Sequence record: NZ_CP014527.1
Strand: one strand, 5' to 3'
DNA: 64,000 nucleotides
Source of the DNA: a plasmid
Part shown: piece after piece, positions 42,188 through 52,259 of the stretch
Position numbering within the stretch: the stretch's first letter is position 1
Layout: each line of letters starts with the position of its first letter
Notes under the pieces: generated by a model
What the model was told of the DNA's origin: nothing
Database searches by the model: none
Seen by the model: the letters and a program-made list of their open reading frames with translations, nothing else
Translations under genes and position numbers: made by a program

Positions 42188-43336
42188 ATGAAAACACTTG
42201 TTGTCATCGGAACACGCCCTGAAGCGATCAAAATGGCCCCGCTTGCCAGAGTACTATCGCGTGACAAGGCCTTGTCCTGCCGGGTTGCCGTAACAGGGCA
42301 GCATCCGGACTTGGTGCCCCCAATACTGGATTTCTTCGAGGTTCCCGTTCACCACAACATGTCATTGGCACGCTCACGCCAAGGGCTGGCTCATCTGCAT
42401 GCCGGCATTCTGGATCAGATGGAGGCCATGATTGAGCAAGACCGTCCGGATCTTGTGCTGGTGCATGGTGATACAACCAGTGCACTGGCTGCAGCGGAGG
42501 CTGCTTTTTACAGTGGCGTACCCGTCGGACACGTCGAGGCCGGGCTTCGCAGCCACAACCTCCGCAGTCCCTGGCCAGAAGAGATGAACCGCATCGCCAT
42601 AGATCAACTGGCAGACCTCATGTTTGCACCGACAGAGCAGGCCAGAACAAACCTACTGAACGAGGGGCGAACTGATGACACGATCACCGTAACAGGAAAC
42701 ACTGTGGTTGATGCCCTGTTATGGGTTTGCCACAAACTCGACAGCGATGCCGCCCTGACAGCGCGCATTGTAGCAACATTGCCACGCCTACCCGATGACC
42801 GCCGGATTATTCTGGTCACAACTCATCGCCGGGAAAACTTCGGCCCCCCCTTGGCACGGATCAGCCAAGCATTGCACACACTGGCAAACCGCCCCGACGT
42901 GTGTATCGTCTTCCCCCTGCACCCCAACCCAGAAGTGGGCATGAGGATGAAAGCCTTTCTGGCCAGTCACCCCTTTATCATCCTGACCCATCCTCTGGAC
43001 TATCTTCCCTTCGTCCTACTGATGCGCCGCGCCGCCGTCATCCTGACGGATTCAGGAGGCATACAGGAAGAAGCACCATCTGTAGGAACCCCAGTCTTGG
43101 TCCTGCGGGACTTGACAGAAAGACCGGAAGCCTTGGACAGCGGGGCCATCCGCTTGGTCGGAACCCGAACAGAGTCCATTGTAGAGGCTACCTCCGAGAT
43201 TCTTGATGCGTCATCCCCTACAGCACCCCAACCTGCAGGAAATAACCCGTTTGGTGATGGCAAAGCGTGTGAGCGGATTTGCCAAACCATAAAAAACTGG
43301 AAATCACCGGGTAAAAAACGTAAAGCCCCCGCCTGA
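42188..43336 (+). CDS. wecB: UDP-N-acetylglucosamine 2-epimerase (non-hydrolysing)
   Basis: WecB family motifs MKTLVVIGTRPEAIKMAPL, HVEAGLRS and VTGNTVVDAL. Confidence 0.85.
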   Translation: MKTLVVIGTRPEAIKMAPLARVLSRDKALSCRVAVTGQHPDLVPPILDFFEVPVHHNMSLARSRQGLAHLHAGILDQMEAMIEQDRPDLVLVHGDTTSALAAAEAAFYSGVPVGHVEAGLRSHNLRSPWPEEMNRIAIDQLADLMFAPTEQARTNLLNEGRTDDTITVTGNTVVDALLWVCHKLDSDAALTARIVATLPRLPDDRRIILVTTHRRENFGPPLARISQALHTLANRPDVCIVFPLHPNPEVGMRMKAFLASHPFIILTHPLDYLPFVLLMRRAAVILTDSGGIQEEAPSVGTPVLVLRDLTERPEALDSGAIRLVGTRTESIVEATSEILDASSPTAPQPAGNNPFGDGKACERICQTIKNWKSPGKKRKAPA

Positions 43337-43371
43337 TAAAGGGCAGGGGCCAACGACACCGTCACACACTG

Positions 43372-44781
43372 TCAGGCGCTGTAATACATCTGATACTCAA
43401 TCGGATGAGGAGTGTGTTCAAACGCATGAACTTCCTGGAATTTGAGATCGGTATAGGCATCAAGAAAACCAGGTGTAAACACATCACCCTTCATCAGAAA
43501 GTCTCGATCCGCCTTCAGGGCATCCAGAGCTTCCCGCAGGGAACCACATACCGTGGGAACCTGTGACAGCTCTTCTGGTGGCAAATCGTACAGATTCTTG
43601 TCCATGGGATCACCGGGATGAATCTTGTTCTGAATCCCGTCCAGACCCGCCATCATCATCGCGGTATAAGCCAGATAGGGATTGGCCGTCGGATCAGGAA
43701 AACGCACTTCCACCCGTTTCCCTTTGGGATTGGAAACATAGGGAATACGACAGGATGCAGACCGGTTACGCGAAGAATAAGCCAGAAGAACCGGCGCCTC
43801 AAATCCCGGAATCAGGCGCTTGTAGGAATTTGTAGATGGATTTGTAAACGCGTTGAGCGCCTTGGCATGCTTGATAATGCCACCAATATAGTACAATGCC
43901 ATGTCAGACAGGTCTGCGTAACCGGACCCTGCAAACAACGGCTTGCCATCCTTCCACAGGGACTGATGAACGTGCATGCCAGACCCGTTGTCCCCCGCCA
44001 AAGGCTTGGGCATGAACGTAGCGGTCTTGCCGTACGAGTGGGCGACCATGTGCACAACGTACTTGTATATCTGCATCCAGTCCGCTGACTGCAACAAAGT
44101 ACCAAACCGGAAACCAAGCTCATGCTGTGACGAGGCAACCTCATGATGATGCTTCTCGACATCAACCCCCATATCCAGAAGGGTTGATGTCATCTCGGCA
44201 CGCAGATCAACACCACTGTCAACAGGAGGAACCGGGAAGTATCCTCCCTTGATACCGGGGCGATGTGCCCAGTTGCCCTGATCAAACTCCTTGCCACTGG
44301 CCCAAGGGGCATCGCCGGCATCAAGCTCGAAGGACACTTTGTTCATATCCACCGTATAGCGGACGTCATCAAAGACAAAGAACTCTGCCTCGGGGCCAAA
44401 ATAGGCCGTATCGGCAATGCCGGTACTTTGCGCATAAGCAAGACCGCGGCGTGCTATACCGCGTGGACAGCGATCATAAGACTGACCTGTTGCAGGATCC
44501 ACAACGTCGCAAAACACAACAAGCTGCGGTTGGGCCGTAAAGGGATCCATCACGGCCGTCGAGATGTCCGGCATCAAAATCATGTCGGACTCGTTAATTT
44601 CCTTCCAGCCGGCAATGGATGACCCATCAAACATAATACCGTCGGCCAGAAGATCATCTGTCACGGTCTTGACATGCTGGGCTGTGTGCTGCCACTTGCC
44701 ACGGGGATCGGTAAAACGGAAATCAACATACTTGACGTCATTTTCCTTGATTTTTTCGAAAAATGTAGCGGTATCAGACAT
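43372..44781 (-). CDS. glnA: glutamine synthetase type I
   Basis: FDGSSIAGW, the ATP site [18 protein letters not shown], and the adenylylation-site region NLYDLPPEE. Confidence 0.9.
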   Translation of the reverse strand: MSDTATFFEKIKENDVKYVDFRFTDPRGKWQHTAQHVKTVTDDLLADGIMFDGSSIAGWKEINESDMILMPDISTAVMDPFTAQPQLVVFCDVVDPATGQSYDRCPRGIARRGLAYAQSTGIADTAYFGPEAEFFVFDDVRYTVDMNKVSFELDAGDAPWASGKEFDQGNWAHRPGIKGGYFPVPPVDSGVDLRAEMTSTLLDMGVDVEKHHHEVASSQHELGFRFGTLLQSADWMQIYKYVVHMVAHSYGKTATFMPKPLAGDNGSGMHVHQSLWKDGKPLFAGSGYADLSDMALYYIGGIIKHAKALNAFTNPSTNSYKRLIPGFEAPVLLAYSSRNRSASCRIPYVSNPKGKRVEVRFPDPTANPYLAYTAMMMAGLDGIQNKIHPGDPMDKNLYDLPPEELSQVPTVCGSLREALDALKADRDFLMKGDVFTPGFLDAYTDLKFQEVHAFEHTPHPIEYQMYYSA

Positions 44782-44855
44782 GAATACTTTTCCTTGTCCT
44801 GAATGGTTACCGTCCCTCGGTCCCATTGTCTATGCCACACAAAACCACACATCAC

Positions 44856-45242
<387 letters not shown>

Positions 45243-45328
45243 TTATGTATGGAAGATCTGCGACCACATAAATAGAAAATACATGCGGCTACCACAACTT
45301 TCAATCCTTGCAATGGGGCAATACCATC

Positions 45329-45346
45329 TTATGCGATATCGCATAG
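45329..45346. promoter_or_regulatory. palindrome TATGCGATATCGCATA (copy 2), overlapping parB stop codon, 136 bp upstream of glnB start
   Basis: Perfect inverted repeat read from the sequence. The same core occurs at 31949..31964. Confidence 0.4.
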
Positions 45347-46225
45347 GGGCGTTTCATGCCCGGCCCGCTCAGGAAGAGTGCCCAAAAGCTGATCCAGAGC
45401 ATCACGCAGGGCATGCAAGCGCTGTATATCCTCGTGACCAAGGGATCCAGGGCTGGCCTGAAGTCGGGCAATTTGCTTCAATGCCGGAAGCAGAACCTTG
45501 GTCGCCGAAGCTGTACCGACGTCTTTGGCACTCTTTTGCTCCGGCTTTGCAGACGGAGTATTCAGGTCGGTCTTCATCGCCCGAAGTTCACTAACCGTCA
45601 TTCCTGTCGTAACGATCCTGCCCCAGGCAACACGCGCGGCCTGTTCATCCCCAAGATCAGCAAGCGCAAACAGGGTACTTTTGCTGATCTTGTTCGAGAC
45701 CGACGGCACCGCCTGCAGAATATCCTCCGGCAAGGAGAGAATGTTCAGGGTTCGGCTGATCTCGGATTGTGAGCGACCGAGGATCTCGGCAACCTGCCCT
45801 TGGGTATAACCATGCCGGTTCATCAGCCGCTCGCAGCCACGAGCCAATTCCACCATATCGAGATCAACACGGACAACATTCTCGACCAATGCTATTTCCG
45901 CCGGATCTCCGGAAATAATAATGGCCTTGATTTCGTGATGCCCCAGTAGACGGCAGGCCCGCCACCGGCGTTCCCCCGCATACAGGATATGTTTCCCATC
46001 TGGACCTGAGGCCGAAACCAGAACCGGCTGTAGCAATCCAAGACGATGGATGGAAGAGGCCAGCGCTGCCAGATCATCATCATCGAAGAACGAACGCGGC
46101 TGATCCGGGTTGGGAACAATGGACGTCAGGGCAAGGGTACTGACCCTGCTTTCGCCAGAAAAGAATGACGTCATCAAGGAAGAAACATGTCCCGTTGTCG
46201 TACGGGGTGGCATCTTGCGCGACAT
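45329..46225 (-). CDS. parB: ParB/Spo0J-family partition protein
   Basis: ParB box GERRWRA and the HTH YTQGQVAEILGRSQSEISRTLNIL. The start is chosen at MSRKMPP; the track ORF extends to 46300. Confidence 0.8.
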   Translation of the reverse strand: MSRKMPPRTTTGHVSSLMTSFFSGESRVSTLALTSIVPNPDQPRSFFDDDDLAALASSIHRLGLLQPVLVSASGPDGKHILYAGERRWRACRLLGHHEIKAIIISGDPAEIALVENVVRVDLDMVELARGCERLMNRHGYTQGQVAEILGRSQSEISRTLNILSLPEDILQAVPSVSNKISKSTLFALADLGDEQAARVAWGRIVTTGMTVSELRAMKTDLNTPSAKPEQKSAKDVGTASATKVLLPALKQIARLQASPGSLGHEDIQRLHALRDALDQLLGTLPERAGHETPLCDIA

Positions 46226-46229
46226 AGAC

Positions 46230-47300
46230 TCAGGTCTCCGCAGGAACAGGATGAACCGGGACAGGCGGCACGGAAACATGACGCGCTGCTGCCAGCGCAA
46301 TCAATTTCTCCGCTAGGTCTGCATAAACAGACACGCCACGTGCACCGGGATATAATTCTAGGATCGGTTGCCCGGCGGCAGCAGCATGATTGTAGTACGT
46401 GGTACTGATAACCGGATCGAGGATCGGAACAGCCGAACCAAAGATGTCATGCAGCTCTTGCATGGTTTCCCGGTCCTGAACAAGACGGGGGTCAACCCGC
46501 GTCGGCAAGATTCCAAGAATTTCAAGCCCAGGACGTATGCGGCGCCGGATCCGGTCTATGGCCCTGAGAATTAGGGGAATCCCGCGCGTAGACCACGGCG
46601 TTGGGTCTGACGGTATCAAAACGTAGTCAGCAGCGGTCAGCGCATTGACAGTTGTGGGCCCCAAATGGGGACCGCAGTCAATCACTATGAAGGAAAAACG
46701 ACCGGCAAGCGGAGCCAGCGTTTCTTTCAAAACCCATTCACCACCGATTTCACGGGTCAGGACAAGATCAGCCTCGGCCAAACGGGACCCACCGGGCAAA
46801 AGGAAGAGCGGAATATCATCACGCACACGCACCAAGGCATCACTAACCGGAAGATTATCCAGCATCACGGATGCAACAGTCCGCCCTGATGCATCCAGTT
46901 CATAGTTATTCAGCCCCAAGCCCGCCGTCGCATTGCTCTGGTGATCAAAATCAACCAACAGCGTTGCGTGACCGGCACGAGCCAAGGCCCACGCAATATT
47001 GATAGAGCTTGTTGTCTTGGCAACGCCGCCCTTCTGGTTGGCCAAGGCTAATACCAGAGGCTGCTCACACACTGGTTCCTGTACCGTTGCGGAACTGCCA
47101 ACAAGAAATAAGCGCACGATGGAGGGAACCGGTTCCTTTCCCTGCTCCCACCGACTGATCATCGGCGGGGAATAATTGCGGCTCAGCTCCTTGTTCAGGA
47201 AGGCCGCAAATTCGGCCTGGGTTTGTCCTCTGCGTTTACGAATATCACGCAGGACATTGGCACTGAGGTCCATAAGATCCCCCGGAGTTGATGTTTTCAT
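46230..47300 (-). CDS. parA: ParA-family partition ATPase with N-terminal XRE-like HTH extension (type Ia-like)
   Basis: N-terminal HTH (LRDIRKRRGQTQAEFAAFLNKE...MISRWEQG), then the deviant Walker A (KGGVAKTT). It ends 5 bp before the parB start. Confidence 0.8.
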   Translation of the reverse strand: MKTSTPGDLMDLSANVLRDIRKRRGQTQAEFAAFLNKELSRNYSPPMISRWEQGKEPVPSIVRLFLVGSSATVQEPVCEQPLVLALANQKGGVAKTTSSINIAWALARAGHATLLVDFDHQSNATAGLGLNNYELDASGRTVASVMLDNLPVSDALVRVRDDIPLFLLPGGSRLAEADLVLTREIGGEWVLKETLAPLAGRFSFIVIDCGPHLGPTTVNALTAADYVLIPSDPTPWSTRGIPLILRAIDRIRRRIRPGLEILGILPTRVDPRLVQDRETMQELHDIFGSAVPILDPVISTTYYNHAAAAGQPILELYPGARGVSVYADLAEKLIALAAARHVSVPPVPVHPVPAET

Positions 47301-47523
47301 CAATATGTCTGGCCAGATAAAGACTGGCAACCATCAATTTGGAAAAAATACAATGGTTGGCAGGTTACCCGTTTGCAACAGGCGGCAACTTTCACCGGAA
47401 CAACAAGAGAACTAGGCAAAATTTACCGACCTGATCCGATGCCTCATACACACTGGTGCAGGCAGAAGATTTGGCACACGACGTGCTTGGGAAGGAACCT
47501 GCCTCAGGAACCAGGAGCCTGCC

Positions 47524-47943
47524 ATGCCCTTTCTCAACGTTACCGACCTGCCTGAATCCTCCTTTACCGCAAACAAGACACGCCCCACTTTTGCCTCTGC
47601 AAGACATCATGATCGATCCCCCATAAGCGCAAAGTTGTTTGCCAGAACCGTCGGCGAGCAGTGCCACAATGCCAACCGTCAACGTATAGCCTCGCTGATT
47701 GGGGTTGTACGCGCTGAAGAAATTGACGCCTTGGTACACAGGGTGGCTGACCTGAAGGCTCGCTACCTGTCTGCTGTTCTGGATTCAGGCAAAGCACGGG
47801 GAACACCTCGCCCGGGACAACACGACGAGCTTGGACATTTGCGGAACGCCCTAGCCGAGGCTGAACAGGGGCTGGAAACAATCCGTAATAGCATCATACA
47901 CGGGGAACTCTTTGTTGATGGTGTTGGTGATGGCTTTCCTTGA
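47524..47943 (+). CDS. hypothetical protein
   Basis: ORF only; no recognisable motif. Confidence 0.3.
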   Translation: MPFLNVTDLPESSFTANKTRPTFASARHHDRSPISAKLFARTVGEQCHNANRQRIASLIGVVRAEEIDALVHRVADLKARYLSAVLDSGKARGTPRPGQHDELGHLRNALAEAEQGLETIRNSIIHGELFVDGVGDGFP

Positions 47944-48123
47944 CAGACAAAACAGCATGGAAGGGACCCCAGAAGATCCATTGTGCAATGAATAAACCAA
48001 CAATATGCTTTATTGGGCTTACATAATGAACAAAAACAGGAAGAATACTGACAAACTTGACCGTTCTTTCTGACGCCTCCTTGGTCCACAATGAAAGCAT
48101 CATGGTTCCTTGGAGACTTATGC

Positions 48124-49206
48124 ATGCTGAAGAATATCACCCCCGCCCGCACACTGTTCCTAAGCGTCGAGGGTGTGGCCGCCATCATGAAAAAGAAGGG
48201 TGCGGCAGCGTGCATAGAGGGGATTGCGCACTACATCAACGAAGATTTTCTGCGGTGGGAAGATTTTGACAAGACCGCCCGGGTTGCCAGTCACTCCGAC
48301 GATGGCGTCATTGAGCTGATGCCAATTGCAGACAAGGAAACCTACACCTTCAAATACGTTAATGGGCATCCCCGGAACAGCCGTTTCGGGCTTTCAACTG
48401 TTATGGCCTTTGGCGTTCTATCCGATGTGGAAACCGGGACACCGGAGCTACTGAGCGAACTGACGCTGACAACGGCTATGCGTACAGCGGCCATGTCAGC
48501 CGTTGCCGCAAAGGCACTCGCAAAGCCAGAACCCAAAAGCATGGCCCTGATCGGCAACGGTGCCCAGAGTGAGTTCCAAGCCTTGGCTTTCAGCCATCTT
48601 CTTGGGGTAAAACGTTTTCATCTGTACGATGTTGATCCATCTGCAACGACCAAACTGCAACGCAATCTGGACCAGCTTGGCCTTGAGAGTCAGGCATTTT
48701 CGTCCACACGTGATGCTGTACAAGGTACAGATATCGTAACAACGGTTACAGCCGATAAAACAAATGCCACAATCATAACGCCCGATATGATCGAGCCCGG
48801 CATGCATATCAACGGCGTGGGCGGTGATTGCCCGGGAAAAACGGAACTGCACCGCGATGTCCTGAAAGAGGCGCGTGTTTTTGTGGAATATGAGCCCCAG
48901 TCCCGCGTTGAAGGTGATGTACAGCAGATGCCACCAGACTTCCCAGTCACAGAAATATGGCGGGTTCTGGCAGGTCACGCGCCCGGTAGGCAGTCACCAG
49001 ACGATGTCACTATTTTCGACTCTGTTGGCTTTGCGCTTGAAGACTTCTCGGCGTTGCGCTTCATGCGCGATGTCGCAACTACACTGGATCTGTGTGAATC
49101 TATCTCGCTTGTTCCTGCTCTTGAAAATCCACGGAATCTTTTCGGTTTTGCGTATGAAAAGAATGCTGGTCAGACCCGTCCGCTGCGTGACGTTGTGGCA
49201 TATTGA
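48124..49206 (+). CDS. ocd: ornithine cyclodeaminase/mu-crystallin family protein
   Basis: Rossmann motif (IGNGAQSEFQA) and family-wide similarity. It is adjacent to arginase, the usual arginine->ornithine->proline module. Confidence 0.75.
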   Translation: MLKNITPARTLFLSVEGVAAIMKKKGAAACIEGIAHYINEDFLRWEDFDKTARVASHSDDGVIELMPIADKETYTFKYVNGHPRNSRFGLSTVMAFGVLSDVETGTPELLSELTLTTAMRTAAMSAVAAKALAKPEPKSMALIGNGAQSEFQALAFSHLLGVKRFHLYDVDPSATTKLQRNLDQLGLESQAFSSTRDAVQGTDIVTTVTADKTNATIITPDMIEPGMHINGVGGDCPGKTELHRDVLKEARVFVEYEPQSRVEGDVQQMPPDFPVTEIWRVLAGHAPGRQSPDDVTIFDSVGFALEDFSALRFMRDVATTLDLCESISLVPALENPRNLFGFAYEKNAGQTRPLRDVVAY

Positions 49207-49221
49207 AACCGGAGACAGCCA

Positions 49222-50193
49222 ATGAGTCACCTTTTCTTGCCTGACGTCAGCTTGATTGGTACCCCAACAGATGTCGGAGCGGGCGTGCGCGGGGCATCCA
49301 TGGGACCAGAAGCTCTACGCGTAGCCGGGCTTGTTGAAAAGCTGGAACGGTGCGGGGTTGATGTAAAAGACTGTGGTAACCTGCAGGGGCCACCCAACCC
49401 AGGATCTCCGCCTGTCGGTGGCTTCAGGCATCTCGAAGAAGTGATTGCTTGGAACAAGATCCTCCATGAGGCCGTCTACCAAGAAATACAGGACGGGCGC
49501 ATGCCCGTTGTACTGGGGGGCGATCATTGCCTGGGCATTGGATCAATCAGCGCCGTTGCTAAACACTGTCGTGAAACAGGCAAGGAACTGCGTATCCTGT
49601 GGCTGGATGCTCATGCCGATTTCAACACAGCAGACCTGACACCCACAGGCAACATCCACGGTATGCCCGTAGCCTGTCTGTGTGGCTACGGGCCAGACGA
49701 ACTGACCGGCATCGGGGGGCACTCACCAGCAATACGGCCGGATCAGGTTCGTCAGATCGGGATACGCAGCGTCGATGATGGGGAAAAACATTTCGTCCGC
49801 AGTGTAGGGCTGGAAGTGTTTGACATGCGCTGCATCGGCGAAATGGGTATGCGCCATGTCATGGAACAAGCCCTGAGCGGCATCGACCAACATACGCACA
49901 TACACGTCAGCTTTGATGTTGACTTTCTGGATCCCGACATTGCGCCCGGCGTTGGAACAACCGTTCGCGGCGGCCCCAACTATCGTGAGGCTCGCTTGTG
50001 CATGGAAATGATCGCTGATACAGGGCGTCTGGGATCACTGGATATTGTCGAACTGAATCCCGCCCTTGATCACCGCAACATGACTGCAGACCTCGCTGTG
50101 GATCTCGTAGAAAGCTTGTTCGGCAAAAGCACCTTGGTACGCGTTGCCCGTACGGGGAAACAATACTTCGGGACACGAGCCGCAGCAGAATAG
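49222..50193 (+). CDS. rocF: arginase
   Basis: Mn-binding motifs GGDHCLGIGS, DAHADFNT and SFDVDFLDP. Confidence 0.85.
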   Translation: MSHLFLPDVSLIGTPTDVGAGVRGASMGPEALRVAGLVEKLERCGVDVKDCGNLQGPPNPGSPPVGGFRHLEEVIAWNKILHEAVYQEIQDGRMPVVLGGDHCLGIGSISAVAKHCRETGKELRILWLDAHADFNTADLTPTGNIHGMPVACLCGYGPDELTGIGGHSPAIRPDQVRQIGIRSVDDGEKHFVRSVGLEVFDMRCIGEMGMRHVMEQALSGIDQHTHIHVSFDVDFLDPDIAPGVGTTVRGGPNYREARLCMEMIADTGRLGSLDIVELNPALDHRNMTADLAVDLVESLFGKSTLVRVARTGKQYFGTRAAAE

Positions 50194-50224
50194 ATAAAGA
50201 CCCAGAACACCATTATAACAAGAA

Positions 50225-50252
50225 AACCCCGGATCAATCCGGGTTTTTTTTA
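50225..50252 (+). terminator. rho-independent terminator (cccgga-tcaa-tccggg followed by T8)
   Basis: Read directly from the sequence after the arginase stop. Confidence 0.65.
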
Positions 50253-50382
50253 TGGGTCAAAGAAACACCCCGCCTGCAACCATTCCTACACAGATGAGAA
50301 AAACTCTCTTGCCTCTGCACGGCTTGTAACACTACCACCCGCCGATCCTACGTCGATACTATATCGTTCTTTCTGCAGCAAT

Positions 50383-51447
50383 ATGGCGGTTAATTTCATG
50401 AGTTCAGACAGAGCCTCCATGGCCCCCGAAATCGATGGTGCAATGTACGGCATCAAGCGGTTCTCATACAGCAAGGAATGGGACTTTAAGCCCTATAACC
50501 AGCCACGCAACACATGCAACCAACTCCGCGTTAATTCCGACTTCTACGTCTATCGTGAAGCATCGCACGGCTTTGATGGTATCTATGCTGTATATTGCGA
50601 AAGCGGCCTTCTCAGCCCGGGCGATGCCTATCATCCATCAAGACGCTACACGGAAGGTCCCTTCCAATATGGCTTTGAGAACGCCATTCAGGTTCTAAAT
50701 CCAGAAACAGGCAGGCCCTTTGATTCCGGTGTCAACTGGGTCAAAAGCTCGCCCAGCACGGTCAACCAAGTCCATGACAAGCAGGACATGACGGTTACAA
50801 GCGTTGACGATACGATCAGCATCGGCGTTGGCGCCAGTGCATCAGCACAAGGCCCCGGAGGCGGAGTCAATCTTGGATATTCGCATTCTGAGTCCTTCCA
50901 GTTATGGAAATCGGACAGCTACTCGATCAAAGACTGGGGCGTCGAGGAACGGACAGAGCCCGTGTCTAATACCGGTCGCTGGTTCTGGCATCAACAGGCT
51001 CCTTACGATGTTACCAACCTAGGGTCTGATGACTTCAGCTGGTGGCAGCAGGCCTATGAGAGCGATTGGCCCCCAAGCTTGTGCAAGGAAACGGCCATGC
51101 TCTCCAGAAGCACCATGCAGTACAATACTGCCATTGCATGGCGTTTTGACCTGTCCCTTGTAAAAAAGGGAACATTGCCCGTGCGTTTTGTCCAAAGCCT
51201 GAACTGGAAATGTGCGCTGATCGCGCAGCCAGACTGGGCTCCAACAGAAGGGCACCATCAAATCTGGAGCGAAACCTTCCGGTCAAGCGCAACCTATGAC
51301 CTGGATCTGGCTGCTATCATTCGGGGCAGCGTCATACGCCCAGATACTCCCGCAGCTCACCCCACACACGATGTCTCCGAACAGGTCCAAGCAGTAACAG
51401 GGCCGGCTGCTGTTCGGAAACGGCCCGCCTTGGTTGAGCCTCGCTGA
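50383..51447 (+). CDS. aerolysin/ETX-MTX2-like beta-pore-forming toxin candidate (no signal peptide)
   Basis: Beta-rich protein with one amphipathic alternating-residue hairpin (TISIGVGASASAQG-PGGG-VNLGYSHSESFQLW), typical of the membrane-insertion loop of aerolysin-family toxins. Ser/Thr-rich. The start codon is uncertain. Confidence 0.45.
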   Translation: MAVNFMSSDRASMAPEIDGAMYGIKRFSYSKEWDFKPYNQPRNTCNQLRVNSDFYVYREASHGFDGIYAVYCESGLLSPGDAYHPSRRYTEGPFQYGFENAIQVLNPETGRPFDSGVNWVKSSPSTVNQVHDKQDMTVTSVDDTISIGVGASASAQGPGGGVNLGYSHSESFQLWKSDSYSIKDWGVEERTEPVSNTGRWFWHQQAPYDVTNLGSDDFSWWQQAYESDWPPSLCKETAMLSRSTMQYNTAIAWRFDLSLVKKGTLPVRFVQSLNWKCALIAQPDWAPTEGHHQIWSETFRSSATYDLDLAAIIRGSVIRPDTPAAHPTHDVSEQVQAVTGPAAVRKRPALVEPR

Positions 51448-51471
51448 TAAAACGACATGAATGGAAGTGTT

Positions 51472-52224
51472 ATGCCTTCTATATGGAATGGTTTTGATAC
51501 AAATCCTCATACGTTACCCGATACATGTGTCGTCTGTGCGGGTGCCATTGGCGGAAGTTTTCTCCGGCTGCCCTGTGGGCATGGGGGCCCGGAAAGTTAC
51601 CCCCTACACGTCGAATGCATGATCCGAGCCCTGGTTCCCATCGAGAGTACGACAGCGCAAGCCCCTCGATGCCCGATCTGCAGAGGAGGCATTGATACAG
51701 AAACCCTGACAGAGGTTGCTGACTACATCCGCCAAGACAAGCTTGTAACCTTCCCAAGCGAAGATGACATCGCGATCAGCCAGCCACCGTGCCAAACTGC
51801 AGAACAAAGAGCACGTTTCCTGTCCCTTGTTACCGCAGCTTACGAGGCAATTCATGGTGGCGAACTGGAACCAAGCGACCAAGAAGCAAGTCCCGCTTAC
51901 TACGACTACTTATCACAAATCGCAGAAGAACTCATAAACAGTATCAACAACAGCGTTGAAGAACATACCTACACCTTGGAAGAAATTGATCAGAAGATAC
52001 TCGAGATTCAGGACCTTGATGCCCACCTGATGGAACGATCAGGGCGAATAGCACTTCTGGATCATGCCGGCTGGGCAATTGCTGGTGGCAACTTCGAGGA
52101 GATCTACAACAGGCTCTCTGGCATCAGAACACAGTTACAAGAATCGCGCGAACGGCTAACAAAAGAACGCGAACAGAAGCAACACAAGGCCGAAGAACAG
52201 GGTCACGCTCATCACTTTGCTTGA
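51472..52224 (+). CDS. RING-H2-like zinc-finger / coiled-coil protein (paralog 1)
   Basis: Ligand pattern C-x2-C-x12-C-x-H-x7-H-x2-C-x19-C-x2-C (CVVCAGAIGGSFLRLPCGHGGPESYPLHVEC...PRCPICR). The acidic coiled-coil C-terminus ends in a His-rich tail. It is paralogous to the next gene. Confidence 0.5.
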   Translation: MPSIWNGFDTNPHTLPDTCVVCAGAIGGSFLRLPCGHGGPESYPLHVECMIRALVPIESTTAQAPRCPICRGGIDTETLTEVADYIRQDKLVTFPSEDDIAISQPPCQTAEQRARFLSLVTAAYEAIHGGELEPSDQEASPAYYDYLSQIAEELINSINNSVEEHTYTLEEIDQKILEIQDLDAHLMERSGRIALLDHAGWAIAGGNFEEIYNRLSGIRTQLQESRERLTKEREQKQHKAEEQGHAHHFA

Positions 52225-52259
52225 AAAAAAACAACTCTATCTTGCGCAAAGGCTACACA

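Noticed and set aside
47330-47524. Search for canonical parS (TGTTTCACGTGAAACA) near parAB
   Set aside because: No match was found. Only an imperfect unrelated inverted repeat (TGGCAACCAT/ATGGTTGGCA) is present, and it is mentioned in the parAB finding instead.
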